A stretch of 64,000 nt of DNA from an uncultured Prolixibacteraceae bacterium (GCA_964473485.1 CAYYPH010000015.1:9000-72999); one strand, 5' to 3'. Numbered from the stretch's first letter, positions 12,098-22,350 are shown. Numbers and translations: made by a program. The notes: generated by a model not told the origin, from the letters alone.

Positions 12098-12180
12098 ACT
12101 TTTTTTCTGCAATAATAAAAAAAATCGTGATTCGGGATCGACCTTTTGCACCTGAAACCGATTAACCATAAAACGGGGTC

Positions 12181-13029
12181 ATGAAAAAAATACTGGCATT
12201 AATTGCAATTTCGCTGATCCCTGCCGCGACATATGCATCGACGGTAGGTGAACGGTTGCCCACGGGCGGCCGTGCCAAAGGCTTTGGAGAAACATCGGTC
12301 ACCTCGTGCGACCTCTGGAGTATCAGCAACAACCAGGCAGCCCTGGCATGGCAATCGTCAGTGGCGGCCGGCATATTCTTCGAAAATCACTTTATGATCA
12401 AGGAGCTGGGACGGCAATTTGCCGCATTTGCCTTTCCAACGCGGGCAGGAGTCATTGGTGCCGGATTCGGGTATTATGGCGACAAGGACTTCAATGAAAT
12501 AAAAACCGGCATATGTTTCAGCCGCCGGTTCGGACCAAGGTTCTCCGCCGGTCTGCAATTTGACTTGTATCATCTCAGGTTTTCAGATATTTATGGGAAA
12601 AAGACACTGGTTTCATGCGAGTTGGGGTTGTTTTACAGGGCAGGGAAAACGCTCCTGATCGGAGTGCATATCATAAATCCTGTTCCTGTTAAACTGGTTT
12701 CCGACCCTGCCGAGTACTTGCCGATGACATTTTGTGCCGGTGTGGGTTACCAGGTCTCTGATGCCTTTCTGCTCACCGCTGAAGCGGAAAAAGATCACCT
12801 GAATCCGCTGATAGTCAGATCTGGCTGCGAATACAGGATCAACGAAAAGTTCCGGATAAGAACCGGGATCATCAGCAGCCCGTGGTCCTTCTCATTTGGT
12901 TGCAGCCTTCATGCAGGACCACTTATTTTCGATATTGCTTCCCTGTATCACCAGCGACTGGGATTTAACCCTGCGGCTTCCCTGATTTACTGCTTCAATT
13001 ACAGAAAACGCCATGGATATAAGGATTAA
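12181..13029 (+). CDS. Outer-membrane beta-barrel protein, PorV/FadL-like N-terminal motif
   Basis: Signal peptide; GGRAKGFG..SV...DLWSISNNQAALA resembles the GARxxGMG...NPAGL motif; alternating beta-strand pattern. Confidence 0.6.
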   Translation: MKKILALIAISLIPAATYASTVGERLPTGGRAKGFGETSVTSCDLWSISNNQAALAWQSSVAAGIFFENHFMIKELGRQFAAFAFPTRAGVIGAGFGYYGDKDFNEIKTGICFSRRFGPRFSAGLQFDLYHLRFSDIYGKKTLVSCELGLFYRAGKTLLIGVHIINPVPVKLVSDPAEYLPMTFCAGVGYQVSDAFLLTAEAEKDHLNPLIVRSGCEYRINEKFRIRTGIISSPWSFSFGCSLHAGPLIFDIASLYHQRLGFNPAASLIYCFNYRKRHGYKD

Positions 13030-15100
13030 CATAAAGTACATGGCAGTGATATGGCTACTTGCCGCTTGCCTGACCGTTGATGCCCAGGAGGAAGTCCTGG
13101 AAGACCAGGTTGAAAAATGGACTGAAGCCGCCGAAGGGATGGACTACCCCGAAGATTTTCCGGAAGAGATCATGGAGATCATGGCCAGGCCGGTTGACCT
13201 GAACAGCAGCCGCCTGGATGACCTTCTTGCAATTCCCTTTCTGACCTCCTTACAGCAGACAAACCTGATCAGCTACCGGATGGAATACGGGAAGATACTT
13301 TCAGTGTACGAATTGACGGCGATTTCCGGTTTCGACTCCCTGATAGTCAGCAGAATATTGCCGTTTATTAAAACCGGCCGGGGTCAGGAACTTCCTTCTT
13401 TCACTCCCCGAAATCTGATTCGCCATGCCCATCATGAACTGATGATAAGGGTTTCGAGGATGTTCCCCGCAGCGGAAGCATACCGTACGCAGGTACTTCC
13501 CGACGGTATGCCGGACGCTCCCGTTTATCCCGGCAATCCGTTCCGCTACTGGTTCCGCTATCAGTACCGCTATCTTGATAAAATAATGATCGGTGTTGCC
13601 GGAGAAAAAGATCCGGGTGAGCAGTTTTTTGCCGGAAACCAGCAGCACGGGATGGACCACTACGCTGCCACCCTCAGCATCAGCAACATCGGGGTTCTGA
13701 AAAACCTTACCATCGGCAACTTCAGGGTTAATTTCGGGCAGGGGCTGACAACGGGATCGGGAAACTATTACGGGTCAACCCCCGGTTTCTGCATGAACAC
13801 CATAAGGCCAACCGGGATCAAACCGACGCTGAGCAACAATGAGATAAACGGATTAAAGGGAATGGGCGGAACCATCAGTGCCGGCAGGGTTGAGGGATCC
13901 GTCTGGTTTTCATATTGCGCCAGAGATGCTACGGTAATCCAGGATTATGCGGATGGACCTAAACAGATAAGCGCGTTATCAGGCAACGGCTACCACCGGA
14001 CGGAAACAGAAATACAAAAGAGAAACACTTTACGTGAGTCGTATGCCGGTGCGAACCTAACAGCCACTGTTATCAATGGTTTTAATGGGGGCCTGAAGAT
14101 CGGTGCGACTGCAACCTGGCTTTACTTTTCCATTCCGTTCGTGGCCGGTGATGAACCTTCAAAAATGTACGCATTCTCTGGAAACACCACTGTTTTCACA
14201 GGATTTGATTTTAACGGAAGATACAAGACTATGTTCTTTTCCGGTGAAATTTGCCGAAGTATAAATGGTGCGCTGGGTTTCATCGCAAGTCTGTCATTAA
14301 CACCGTCTGCCGGCAACGGGATTACGATAATATGCCGGCATTATGCACCAGCCTTCTGGAATCCATATGGCCACGCGTTCAGTCAGAGTTCAGCGAACAC
14401 CAATGAATCTGGGGTTTTCATTTCGGCAGGGGCCATTATTAAACCGAGGCTAAGCATGTCGCTTTTCGCTGATCTGTTCAGGTTTCCATGGTTGAGGTTC
14501 CGGACAGATTCACCGACTATTGGCCAGGAATACGGACTTTGCGCCCGATGGATCGCTTCCGGGGACCTGGAGACCGAAGCCAGGTTATCCATCAGGAACG
14601 GAGAGATCAACGAAACCATACCAACGGGAGAACATTTACACAGGGTTGTTGCCAAAACAAGCGAAACCATCCGCCTGAGCGTCATCTGGATGCCATGGCC
14701 TGAGATAAGATTCAAAACCAGGCTCGATATAAGGAGAGCCTGTCTTGTACCGGTCAGTAAACCCTACGGCTATATGATCTACCAGGAGGTACAGACAAAA
14801 CCTGCGAACTGGATAAGGGGGTTTACTTTCAGGATCGGGTTGTTTGACGTTCCCGATTATGAATCCCGCATCTATACTTATGAGCCTGATGTTCTCAATA
14901 GTTTTTCAGTTCCGGCATTTGAAGGCAGAGGGATGAGATCATGCCTGCTTCTGGCTCTTAATCCATTGAAATTTATGAAGCTATGGATAAAGGGTGGATT
15001 GACTTATTATATGGACAGGGATCAGGTAGGATCGGGACATGATGCAACACCCGGGAATCTCCGGTGCGATGTTTCAGCACAACTGGCTTTCGAGTTTTGA
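13013..15100 (+). CDS. Helix-hairpin-helix (ComEA-like) domain fused to a predicted outer-membrane beta-barrel
   Basis: Signal peptide; PVDLNSSRLDDLLAIPFL...YGKILSVYELTAISGFD HhH; aromatic-rich beta region ending in C-terminal Phe (QLAFEF). Confidence 0.75.
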   Translation: MDIRINIKYMAVIWLLAACLTVDAQEEVLEDQVEKWTEAAEGMDYPEDFPEEIMEIMARPVDLNSSRLDDLLAIPFLTSLQQTNLISYRMEYGKILSVYELTAISGFDSLIVSRILPFIKTGRGQELPSFTPRNLIRHAHHELMIRVSRMFPAAEAYRTQVLPDGMPDAPVYPGNPFRYWFRYQYRYLDKIMIGVAGEKDPGEQFFAGNQQHGMDHYAATLSISNIGVLKNLTIGNFRVNFGQGLTTGSGNYYGSTPGFCMNTIRPTGIKPTLSNNEINGLKGMGGTISAGRVEGSVWFSYCARDATVIQDYADGPKQISALSGNGYHRTETEIQKRNTLRESYAGANLTATVINGFNGGLKIGATATWLYFSIPFVAGDEPSKMYAFSGNTTVFTGFDFNGRYKTMFFSGEICRSINGALGFIASLSLTPSAGNGITIICRHYAPAFWNPYGHAFSQSSANTNESGVFISAGAIIKPRLSMSLFADLFRFPWLRFRTDSPTIGQEYGLCARWIASGDLETEARLSIRNGEINETIPTGEHLHRVVAKTSETIRLSVIWMPWPEIRFKTRLDIRRACLVPVSKPYGYMIYQEVQTKPANWIRGFTFRIGLFDVPDYESRIYTYEPDVLNSFSVPAFEGRGMRSCLLLALNPLKFMKLWIKGGLTYYMDRDQVGSGHDATPGNLRCDVSAQLAFEF

Positions 15101-15158
15101 ATTTCCACGGGTTTGTCACACATACGATAACCATTGCCGCGCAAGCTGCCTGGTGAGC

Positions 15159-15193
15159 AAAAAAAAAGCTGCCTATGTCATGGGCAGCCTTTT
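15159..15193. terminator. Bidirectional intrinsic terminator between convergent genes
   Basis: A9-GCTGCC-tatgtcatg-GGCAGC-cTTTT; on the minus strand the stem is followed by T9. Confidence 0.75.
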
Positions 15194-15209
15194 CATGGGC
15201 AAACAATGG

Positions 15210-15764
15210 CTATTTCTTGTGCTCCTTCATCTTTTGTAAAGCATCCATTCCCTTAATATTCATACCTTTCGACAGCTTTGATACGGTTGAAAGGTCGATG
15301 TTTCCGGTGAGACTGAGAACGGCCACCTCCTTCTTGTCTTTCATCAGCATGACCATTTCATTGATCTTGCCACTCTCATCCTGTTTGGTCAGAAACCTGA
15401 TATTCTGACGGCCTTCATTCAATGCCATCAATTCTTTGTAGGTACTCGGAGGAAACACACCGGCAAACTCATTGTAAATGGAAACTGCCTTGGCAATCTT
15501 TGTGGAATCAAAAGTATAGGTAAGCACTTTAAGTCCGTTGAGCTGTTCCATCATTTTTTTCATTTCGGTCATGCTGGAATCGTTCACCTGGTCCTTACCC
15601 ATTTGCAGGAACATCTGGAATAGTTCCTTTGAAATGTTGACTGAAGTAAAGCCCTCCTGGGTGGCGTATTTATCAAATACTTTATCGATGGGGCTTTGGG
15701 CATTTAATAGCAACGGGGCCAATAAAAGAAAGCCGATTGCTAGGTTACACATTTTTGTTTTCAT
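15210..15764 (-). CDS. DUF4252 family exported protein
   Basis: Signal peptide; SPIDKVFDKY...GFTSVNISKELF, INEMVML, LSLTGNIDL; typical position after ECF sigma/anti-sigma pair. Confidence 0.8.
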   Translation of the reverse strand: MKTKMCNLAIGFLLLAPLLLNAQSPIDKVFDKYATQEGFTSVNISKELFQMFLQMGKDQVNDSSMTEMKKMMEQLNGLKVLTYTFDSTKIAKAVSIYNEFAGVFPPSTYKELMALNEGRQNIRFLTKQDESGKINEMVMLMKDKKEVAVLSLTGNIDLSTVSKLSKGMNIKGMDALQKMKEHKK

Positions 15765-15766
15765 AA

Positions 15767-16354
15767 TTACCTGTTTTTGTTGGACACTGTTTGGGCATTG
15801 TCCGGGGTTAAACTAATTGGTTGATATTGATAAAATTTTGAAAGAAGCTCAACATTGTGCATGGCTTTATCGATGTATTGCATTTTCCCGGCTTCCACAA
15901 GGCCCTTATTCAATGTAGAGGAGACCAGCATAAGCGCTTCCGCTGCATTCACCATTGACTGCTGTTCGCTCAGCGCCATTGACTGGTCGCCGTTCCGCGG
16001 CAATATGTCAAAGCGGAAAGTGAATACCATGGCCACAAGCAGCAACACGGCGGCGGCAATACCCGAATAGAGGTAACGCCGGTTTACTGATCTCCACATC
16101 GGAATGGTAAGAGGCCGGTTATGCTCAGACATTTCCAGATCGCCGGGAATGACAAACTGTCCGGCAGCATCTGAGGTTATTTCGTTTTCGCTTCTCAGAT
16201 AGGAAAAGAACGGCTGGTGGTCTTTCAGGTGGTCCGGGACTTCGTCGCCTGAAAAAAAGTCTTTCAGGATCTTTTCTTCAGCCAGGGTTGTGTCACCATC
16301 ATAATACCTGTCGAGAAGTATTTCAATTTCTTTGATATTCATATTTGGTTGCAT
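15767..16354 (-). CDS. Putative anti-sigma factor (single TM)
   Basis: IEILLDRYYDGDTTLAEEKILKDFF N-terminal anti-sigma-like motif, one TM, overlaps the 3' end of the ECF sigma gene. Confidence 0.7.
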   Translation of the reverse strand: MQPNMNIKEIEILLDRYYDGDTTLAEEKILKDFFSGDEVPDHLKDHQPFFSYLRSENEITSDAAGQFVIPGDLEMSEHNRPLTIPMWRSVNRRYLYSGIAAAVLLLVAMVFTFRFDILPRNGDQSMALSEQQSMVNAAEALMLVSSTLNKGLVEAGKMQYIDKAMHNVELLSKFYQYQPISLTPDNAQTVSNKNR

Positions 16355-16838
16355 TTAGTATTAATTCCCTGATCCTTTTTCTTGCTCTCGAGAGGGCTAC
16401 CCTTATGGCATTCTCATTCATATCGGTCACCGCTGCAATTTCATCAAATTCATAGCCTTCCACGTCTCTAAGATGCATGATTGTACGTTGCTGCTCCGGT
16501 AGCATATTCATGGCGATCCTGATCTTGTTGAGCATATCAGAGTTATCCTCCCTCGTCTCTCCCGGAATATTCTCGAGGTACTGCCTATGGTTTTCCATAT
16601 TCTCAACAGGGTATTTCCTTCCTCTTATCTTGTCAAGGCATATATTGCGTGTTGTAGTCATGGCAAGTGCCTCGATACTTCTGTATTTACTCAGCTCCTC
16701 CCGCTTATTCCAAAGTCGTATGAAAACCTCCTGAACTGCATCCTCCGCCTCTTCCTGTTGTTCGAGCAGTCTCCGGGAGAACCTGAACAATTTGTCGCGC
16801 AATGGATAAACCGAAGTATTGAATTCCTTGAGGGTCAT
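16323..16838 (-). CDS. ECF (sigma-70 family) RNA polymerase sigma factor
   Basis: Region 2 (EAEDAVQEVFIRLW, TTRNICLDKIR) and region 4 (LPEQQRTIMHLRDVEGYEFDEIA...VALSRARK); start set at ATG 16838 because a -7 box lies at 16863-16870. Confidence 0.93.
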   Translation of the reverse strand: MTLKEFNTSVYPLRDKLFRFSRRLLEQQEEAEDAVQEVFIRLWNKREELSKYRSIEALAMTTTRNICLDKIRGRKYPVENMENHRQYLENIPGETREDNSDMLNKIRIAMNMLPEQQRTIMHLRDVEGYEFDEIAAVTDMNENAIRVALSRARKRIRELILNATKYEYQRN

Positions 16839-16862
16839 ACGGAAGGCAAGACGATAAAATCG

Positions 16863-16870
16863 CAAAAATA
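16863..16870 (-). promoter_or_regulatory. -7 element for the ECF sigma operon
   Basis: TATTTTTG on the minus strand, 24 nt upstream of ATG 16838. Confidence 0.55.
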
Positions 16871-16976
16871 TTACACCGATAGAATTATTCTTTTTAACCC
16901 TCTGAACAGAAATTATCAGGTGAGGTCGCCCAAGGCCTGGGAATAGACAGAATCTGAAAGAAAGTCAATCAGTTAC

Positions 16977-17006
16977 TTGCATGAAATATTTTTTTCTTTA
17001 TTTTTG
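16977..17006 (+). promoter_or_regulatory. Bacteroidota sigma70 promoter (-33 TTG / -7 TATTTTTG) for the peptide transporter
   Basis: TTG at 16977-16979, 19-nt spacer, TATTTTTG at 16999-17006. Confidence 0.6.
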
Positions 17007-17056
17007 CACTCAACATATCAGGCATCCAATCATTATTCACCAAATAATTTTGTTCT

Positions 17057-18883
17057 ATGTTGAAAGATCATCCTAAAGGGCTCTTTGTAGCATTTTTCTC
17101 AAACATGGGAGAACGATTCGGCTTCTACACCATGATGGCAATCCTCGTCCTGTTCCTTCAGGCAAGGTACGGTTTATCAGAAGAGGATGCCGGCAACTAT
17201 TACAGCTGGTTTTATTTTGGCATTTATGCCCTTGCACTTGTAGGCGGGATACTGGCAGACGTTTCAAGGAAATACAAGACGGTTATCCTTGCCGGTATCG
17301 TTGTGATGTTCCTGGGCTATCTGATCATGGCTCTCCCCGGGAATCCATTGGCCCTGACCCTTACCGGACTGTTTACCATTGCCTTCGGCAACGGTTTGTT
17401 CAAAGGCAACCTGCAGGCAGTGGTTGGTCAGTTATATGACGATCCAAAATATTCGAAAGTAAGGGATTCGGCTTTCATGATCTTTTACATGGGGATCAAC
17501 ATCGGCGCTTTTTTCGCCCCGTTCGTAGCCACCGGCGTCAGGAACTGGTTCCTGAAAACACAGGGATTCCTGCACGACGGGAGTCTGCCTGCCATGTGTC
17601 ATGCGTTTCAGAAAGGCACCCTTGAGGACACCACCAAATTCCAGGAGCTTGCCGATAAGGTTTCAGGCGCTCCTGTTGCCGATCTTGCTGTGTTTGCCCA
17701 GAGTTACATCGATGCCTTTGCCCGCGGATACAATTATGCGTTTGGCATTGCTGCCGGCGCCATGATCGTGTCTCTGCTGGTCTACGTCATCTTCAACAAG
17801 TTACTGCCCACTGTGGAAAAGGTGAAGAAAGCAGCCGATTCTGCCAAGCCCAAGACTAACGCGAATCTTGTCAGTTTCCTTCTTGGCGGCGGACTGATGA
17901 TTGCAAGTTCGTTTATCTTCTATTTTCTCCTTCGCGGTGTCGTCAAGGATCCTGCCGCTCTTGGCGCTGCCATCGGCTTGTTTATCGGATTCGTGGCCAT
18001 CATGTTCCAGATTTCAACCAAGGAGGAACGCCCCAGGGTAACGTCGCTGATCATGGTCTTCATCGTGGTGATCTTCTTCTGGATGTCGTTCCATCAGAAC
18101 GGTCTCACGCTGACCTTTTTCGCCCGCGATTATACCGTGAAAGAGGTGGATGCCTTCACAAACATTTTCTTTAACCTTGAATCGATCCTCACCTTCATAG
18201 GAGCGGTTGCAGGGCTTGTAATGCTGTTCAGCAAAAGTAAGACCCAGAAACTCATCGGAGCTGCCATGTTCCTTATCCTGGGTGGGCTTACCTATTACCT
18301 TATCAGCAATTACAGTTCTTCAAACCCCATTGCACCGGAGATCTTCCAGTCGTTCAACCCGCTCTTTATCGTCTCGCTTACCTTCCCGGTGATGGGAATC
18401 TTTGCCTGGCTGAACAGAAAAAACATGGAGCCTTCTGCTCCCAAGAAGATCGGTATCGGGATGATCATTGCCGCCATCGGTTTCGTCATCATCCTTGTAG
18501 CATCACTCGGACTTGTTTCGCCTCACGAATTGCAATACACCGATGTCTCGGGTGCCACCAAGTACAACCCGGTACCCGACACCTCAAGGGTGGTTCCATA
18601 CTGGCTGATCAGCGGATACCTTGTCCTGACCATCGCTGAACTCTTCCTGAGCCCTATGGGATTGTCATTTGTTTCGAAAGTAGCGCCGCCACGGTTCCAG
18701 GGTCTAATGCAGGGCGGATGGCTCCTGGCAACAGCCGTCGGAAATAAGTTCCTGTTTGTCGGAAGTAAATTCTGGGGAGTCCTTGACCTCTGGCAACTCT
18801 GGGCTATCTTCATTGTTTGCTGTATCCTGTCGGCCGTGTTCATTTTCTCGATCATGAAAAGGCTTGAAGCAGCCACCAAATAG
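17057..18883 (+). CDS. Proton-dependent oligopeptide transporter (POT/PTR, MFS)
   Basis: ExxERF-like NMGERFGFYTM, GNGLFKGN, FYMGINIGA, FQSFNP, ELFLSPMGLSFVSKVAP. Confidence 0.95.
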   Translation: MLKDHPKGLFVAFFSNMGERFGFYTMMAILVLFLQARYGLSEEDAGNYYSWFYFGIYALALVGGILADVSRKYKTVILAGIVVMFLGYLIMALPGNPLALTLTGLFTIAFGNGLFKGNLQAVVGQLYDDPKYSKVRDSAFMIFYMGINIGAFFAPFVATGVRNWFLKTQGFLHDGSLPAMCHAFQKGTLEDTTKFQELADKVSGAPVADLAVFAQSYIDAFARGYNYAFGIAAGAMIVSLLVYVIFNKLLPTVEKVKKAADSAKPKTNANLVSFLLGGGLMIASSFIFYFLLRGVVKDPAALGAAIGLFIGFVAIMFQISTKEERPRVTSLIMVFIVVIFFWMSFHQNGLTLTFFARDYTVKEVDAFTNIFFNLESILTFIGAVAGLVMLFSKSKTQKLIGAAMFLILGGLTYYLISNYSSSNPIAPEIFQSFNPLFIVSLTFPVMGIFAWLNRKNMEPSAPKKIGIGMIIAAIGFVIILVASLGLVSPHELQYTDVSGATKYNPVPDTSRVVPYWLISGYLVLTIAELFLSPMGLSFVSKVAPPRFQGLMQGGWLLATAVGNKFLFVGSKFWGVLDLWQLWAIFIVCCILSAVFIFSIMKRLEAATK

Positions 18884-18907
18884 TTATAAAAGAACCAAAT
18901 ACATTTG

Positions 18908-18942
18908 TCCGGCAGGAGCATCTCCTGCCGGATTTTTATTTT
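18908..18942 (+). terminator. Intrinsic terminator after the POT transporter
   Basis: Perfect 11-bp stem TCCGGCAGGAG-cat-CTCCTGCCGGA followed by TTTTTATTTT. Confidence 0.88.
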
Positions 18943-19004
18943 CGTTTCCCGGGACACCTTGACCGGAATCCATTCAATATTTAACAAGATCAACCAACCA
19001 TACC

Positions 19005-19985
19005 GTGGCCAAAAAAAAAGCAAATAAGGAAAAAAGCGACTCCGCAATATTTCCGTGGGGACATGCGCGGCGGTTCAACTCTTACACCGAACATATCCGG
19101 AAAGAGTTTGGCGGCAGGGTTCAGAAAGTGGTTGTGGATGCAGGATTCACCTGTCCCAACCGCGATGGTTTTAAAGGCATGGGAGGTTGCACCTACTGCG
19201 ACAACAATGCCTTCAACCCCTCCTACTGCCATCCAAGAGAGCACTTGCACACCCAGATCTCGAAAGGGATTTCGTTTCATGAAGTCAGGTACAGGAGGGC
19301 ACAGAAGTACCTGGTTTATTTCCAGCCATTCAGCAACACCTATGCGCCGTTGCAGGTTCTGCAGGATCTTTACGAAGAGGCCCTGGCCTACCCGGGGGTG
19401 ACCGGCATCGTGTTGGGCACCCGCCCCGATTGCATCGACGATGAAAAACTTGAGTATTTACGACAATTGTCGGAGAGAACCTTTGTTCAGGTTGAATACG
19501 GCATTGAATCTTGCTATAACGATACCCTGAAGAGAATCAACAGGGGACACGACTTTGAATGTTCGGCAGCCGTTATACAAAAAACCGCTGCGATGGGAAT
19601 CAGGACCGGCGCGCATCTGATTTTCGGGTTACCGGGCGAATCAACCGGAATGATGCTGGACATGGCCGGTATTATATCACGGCTGCCGCTTCACTCCATA
19701 AAGTTCCATCAACTGCAGATCGTCAGAGGAACACCCATGGAACAGGAATTTCTCAACCATCCGGAAGATTTCGTGCAATTCTCACTTCCTGAATACATTG
19801 CCTTCATCATCCGGTTCATCGAACGGCTCAGCCCGTCCATTGTAATTGAACGGTTCTCAGGCGAGGTTCCTCCCCGTTACCTTCACCACAGTTCATGGCA
19901 ATTAATCAGGTACGACGAAGTACTCAGGATGATCGAAGCCGAAATGGCATCACTCGACACCTGGCAGGGAAGACATTACACGTGA
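19005..19985 (+). CDS. Radical SAM protein, TIGR01212 (YhcC-like) family
   Basis: GTG start; DAGFTCPNRDG..G.GGCTYC, YFQPFSNTYAP, GTRPDC, KFHQLQIVRGT. Confidence 0.9.
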   Translation: MAKKKANKEKSDSAIFPWGHARRFNSYTEHIRKEFGGRVQKVVVDAGFTCPNRDGFKGMGGCTYCDNNAFNPSYCHPREHLHTQISKGISFHEVRYRRAQKYLVYFQPFSNTYAPLQVLQDLYEEALAYPGVTGIVLGTRPDCIDDEKLEYLRQLSERTFVQVEYGIESCYNDTLKRINRGHDFECSAAVIQKTAAMGIRTGAHLIFGLPGESTGMMLDMAGIISRLPLHSIKFHQLQIVRGTPMEQEFLNHPEDFVQFSLPEYIAFIIRFIERLSPSIVIERFSGEVPPRYLHHSSWQLIRYDEVLRMIEAEMASLDTWQGRHYT

Positions 19986-20662
19986 ATGGAGACGTTTGAG
20001 GCAAGAATGGCCCTTGTGATGGCTGTTTGCAAAAGGCTGATGGTTTCTTCAACCGGGTTCTTTGGATATCTGAACTGGGTGATCTCATTGATCTTTCCAC
20101 GCATCCTGAGGTATTGCAAGAAGCCACCGAAATTCTTCCTGATCATCCGGCAGGAGTTCATTACCACAAGGAGCATCAGGTCCTCGTTCGACAGGTGTTT
20201 GTCGTTCACGACGAGGTCATAAATCTCCTCCTGGATCTTCCGTTTCATCTCGAGGTTAAGGATCGGGAATTTTGTCTGATAAAAGACGATCATCAGGCTG
20301 TATTCTTCGCGGGTTATGATCTTATCCTGGATCAGTTGTTTCAGTATCGTCTTGCGGAGAAGCAGCTTTTTGTAAACGATTCGTTGGATCCATGAGCGGA
20401 GGCTGCGGCGCTTTTTGGATGTTTTGATAAGGTTGAGCACCCGGTCGAGAACTACCTCACCGGTCGATTTGGGATTGATCACTGCAATGTCGTCGGATGT
20501 GATCGTGATCCGGCCTTTTTGTTGCAGTTCAAACAAAATTGCACCGGCCAGGCCGAATTTAATCTTATGTTCCGATGCCCCGAACCATCCTTTATTATCA
20601 AGTGCGAGGAGGACAATCTTCTGAAGAAGATTCAGTTCAACTGGTTTCGTCGGTTTATCCAT
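19976..20662 (-). CDS. GOLPH3/Vps74 (GPP34) family protein
   Basis: LLQKIVLLALD, FGLAGAILFEL...GRI, STGEVVLDRVL, W..RI pattern typical of bacterial GPP34 proteins. Confidence 0.75.
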   Translation of the reverse strand: MDKPTKPVELNLLQKIVLLALDNKGWFGASEHKIKFGLAGAILFELQQKGRITITSDDIAVINPKSTGEVVLDRVLNLIKTSKKRRSLRSWIQRIVYKKLLLRKTILKQLIQDKIITREEYSLMIVFYQTKFPILNLEMKRKIQEEIYDLVVNDKHLSNEDLMLLVVMNSCRMIRKNFGGFLQYLRMRGKINEITQFRYPKNPVEETISLLQTAITRAILASNVSIHV

Positions 20663-20719
20663 CAGCTCTGTTCATTTTTCCGACAATAAAATTAAACAAA
20701 AATCAGATCAAAAAAGAAA

Positions 20720-21481
20720 TCAGTTAAAGGAACCACCGAGGTAAAGCTTTGTCTTCTCCATTTTGGGGTTTTCAAACACCTCTTTCACGCTACCCTGTTC
20801 AATGACGTCGCCCAGGTACATGAAGATCACGTGGTCGGCTATCCGTTTGGCCTGCCGCAGAATATGGGTAACCAGCACAATGGTGTACTTATCCTTGAGG
20901 TTCAGAAATGTATCCTCAATAAACTGGCTCGATATGGGGTCGAGGGCAGAGGTAGGTTCATCGGCCAGGATGATCTCGGGGTTGACTGCAAGGCCGCGGG
21001 CCAGGCAAAGACGTTGCTGCTGGCCGATAGAAAGGCGGGATGCAGGTTCCCTCAAACGGTTCCTGATCTCATCCCAGAGATTCGCCTGCTGCAGGTAATG
21101 AACCACCAGCCGGTGTATTTCAGTCCGTTTTTTTATCCCTCGCAATTTAAGTGCATAGGCAATGTTGTTGTAGATGGTCATTGGCAGCGGGTAGGGTCGT
21201 TGTGACAGGAGCCCCATCTGTTGCCGAAGTTTATAAATGTCGTCACGAGCTTCGAGGATATTCTTCTGATCGATCATGATGCGGCCACTCACTTTCAGCT
21301 CGGGGTAAAGGTCGGTAAGACGGTTCATGCATTTCAGCAGGGTTGTTTTACCGCATCCTGACGGCCCGAGGATAACCGTGATTTTGTTCCGTGGAATCTT
21401 GATGTTGACATCTTTCAGTATCCGGTTATGACCGGCTGTTACATTGAGATCGTTGATTCCTATAATGATATTGTCGTCCAT
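20720..21481 (-). CDS. pstB: Phosphate ABC transporter ATPase
   Basis: GPSGCGKTT, PYPLPMTIYNNIAY, LSIGQQQRLCLAR, ILADEPTSALDPIS. Confidence 0.92.
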   Translation of the reverse strand: MDDNIIIGINDLNVTAGHNRILKDVNIKIPRNKITVILGPSGCGKTTLLKCMNRLTDLYPELKVSGRIMIDQKNILEARDDIYKLRQQMGLLSQRPYPLPMTIYNNIAYALKLRGIKKRTEIHRLVVHYLQQANLWDEIRNRLREPASRLSIGQQQRLCLARGLAVNPEIILADEPTSALDPISSQFIEDTFLNLKDKYTIVLVTHILRQAKRIADHVIFMYLGDVIEQGSVKEVFENPKMEKTKLYLGGSFN

Positions 21482-21491
21482 TGCCCTAGCA

Positions 21492-22349
21492 TCAAAAATT
21501 AATCTTCGTTTTGTGATATCGCTTCCCGAGACCCCGTGAGAAAAGACTGACCAACAGAATAATAACGGTTAAAACGAGCGCCGAAGCATAGGCCCGTTCC
21601 TGAACTTCCGGCACCGGTGAGGAGAGCTGGAAGAAGATAGAGAGCGGCAATGTTGCCACTGGCTCCAGGAGGCCATTCGGTATATGGTCGGTATAACCTG
21701 CGGTAAACAAAACGGAGGCAGCATCGCCGATGGCGCGTCCAAATGAAAGCAGGATGGCTGTAATGATTCCCGAAACCGACTGGCGTGTAAGTATCTTGAA
21801 TGCCGTTTCCGATTTATTGGAACCGAGGGAGTAGGAGGCCTCCTGCAACCCGATCGGGATGGTCCGCAGGATTTCGTCCATCGAGCGGATCATGATGGGC
21901 AGGATAAAGAGTGATACCGTAAGGGTTCCGGCGAGCAGCGAGGTTTGCAGACCGAGATAGATCATCAGGGTAAATCCGAATGCGCCGTAAACGATTGAGG
22001 GGATTCCCCAGACAAGATCCAGCAGAAATCTGACAACTCCCGTCACTTTTTTATGCCTGATCAGGAAAACATTCAGATACAGCGCTACCGGCAGACCGAC
22101 AATGAATGCGATGACGGTGGCTCCGAACGCAAGGGCTAGTGATCCGAGGATGGCATTCAGTATTCCCCCTTCCTTGCCGTAATAATAACCCCCTGATGGC
22201 TCGCTGGTCAGCATCTCCCATGAAATCGACCGGATCCCTTTTTCGAAGATGCTGTAAATGATGATGGCAAGGATTGCCAGGATGAATAAAGTCGCCAGAA
22301 ACATCATGACCTGAAAAAACCGCTCTTCTATCTTCTGTGCTCTGGTCAT
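21492..22349 (-). CDS. pstA: Phosphate ABC transporter permease
   Basis: GGILNAILGS, WGIPSIVYG, EAA-like LQEASYSLG, RAIGDAA. Confidence 0.92.
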   Translation of the reverse strand: MTRAQKIEERFFQVMMFLATLFILAILAIIIYSIFEKGIRSISWEMLTSEPSGGYYYGKEGGILNAILGSLALAFGATVIAFIVGLPVALYLNVFLIRHKKVTGVVRFLLDLVWGIPSIVYGAFGFTLMIYLGLQTSLLAGTLTVSLFILPIMIRSMDEILRTIPIGLQEASYSLGSNKSETAFKILTRQSVSGIITAILLSFGRAIGDAASVLFTAGYTDHIPNGLLEPVATLPLSIFFQLSSPVPEVQERAYASALVLTVIILLVSLFSRGLGKRYHKTKINF

Positions 22350-22350
22350 A

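Noticed and set aside
19976-19985. 10-bp convergent overlap between the radical SAM and GPP34 genes
   Set aside because: Short 3'-3' overlaps are common in compact genomes; no evidence of antisense regulation.
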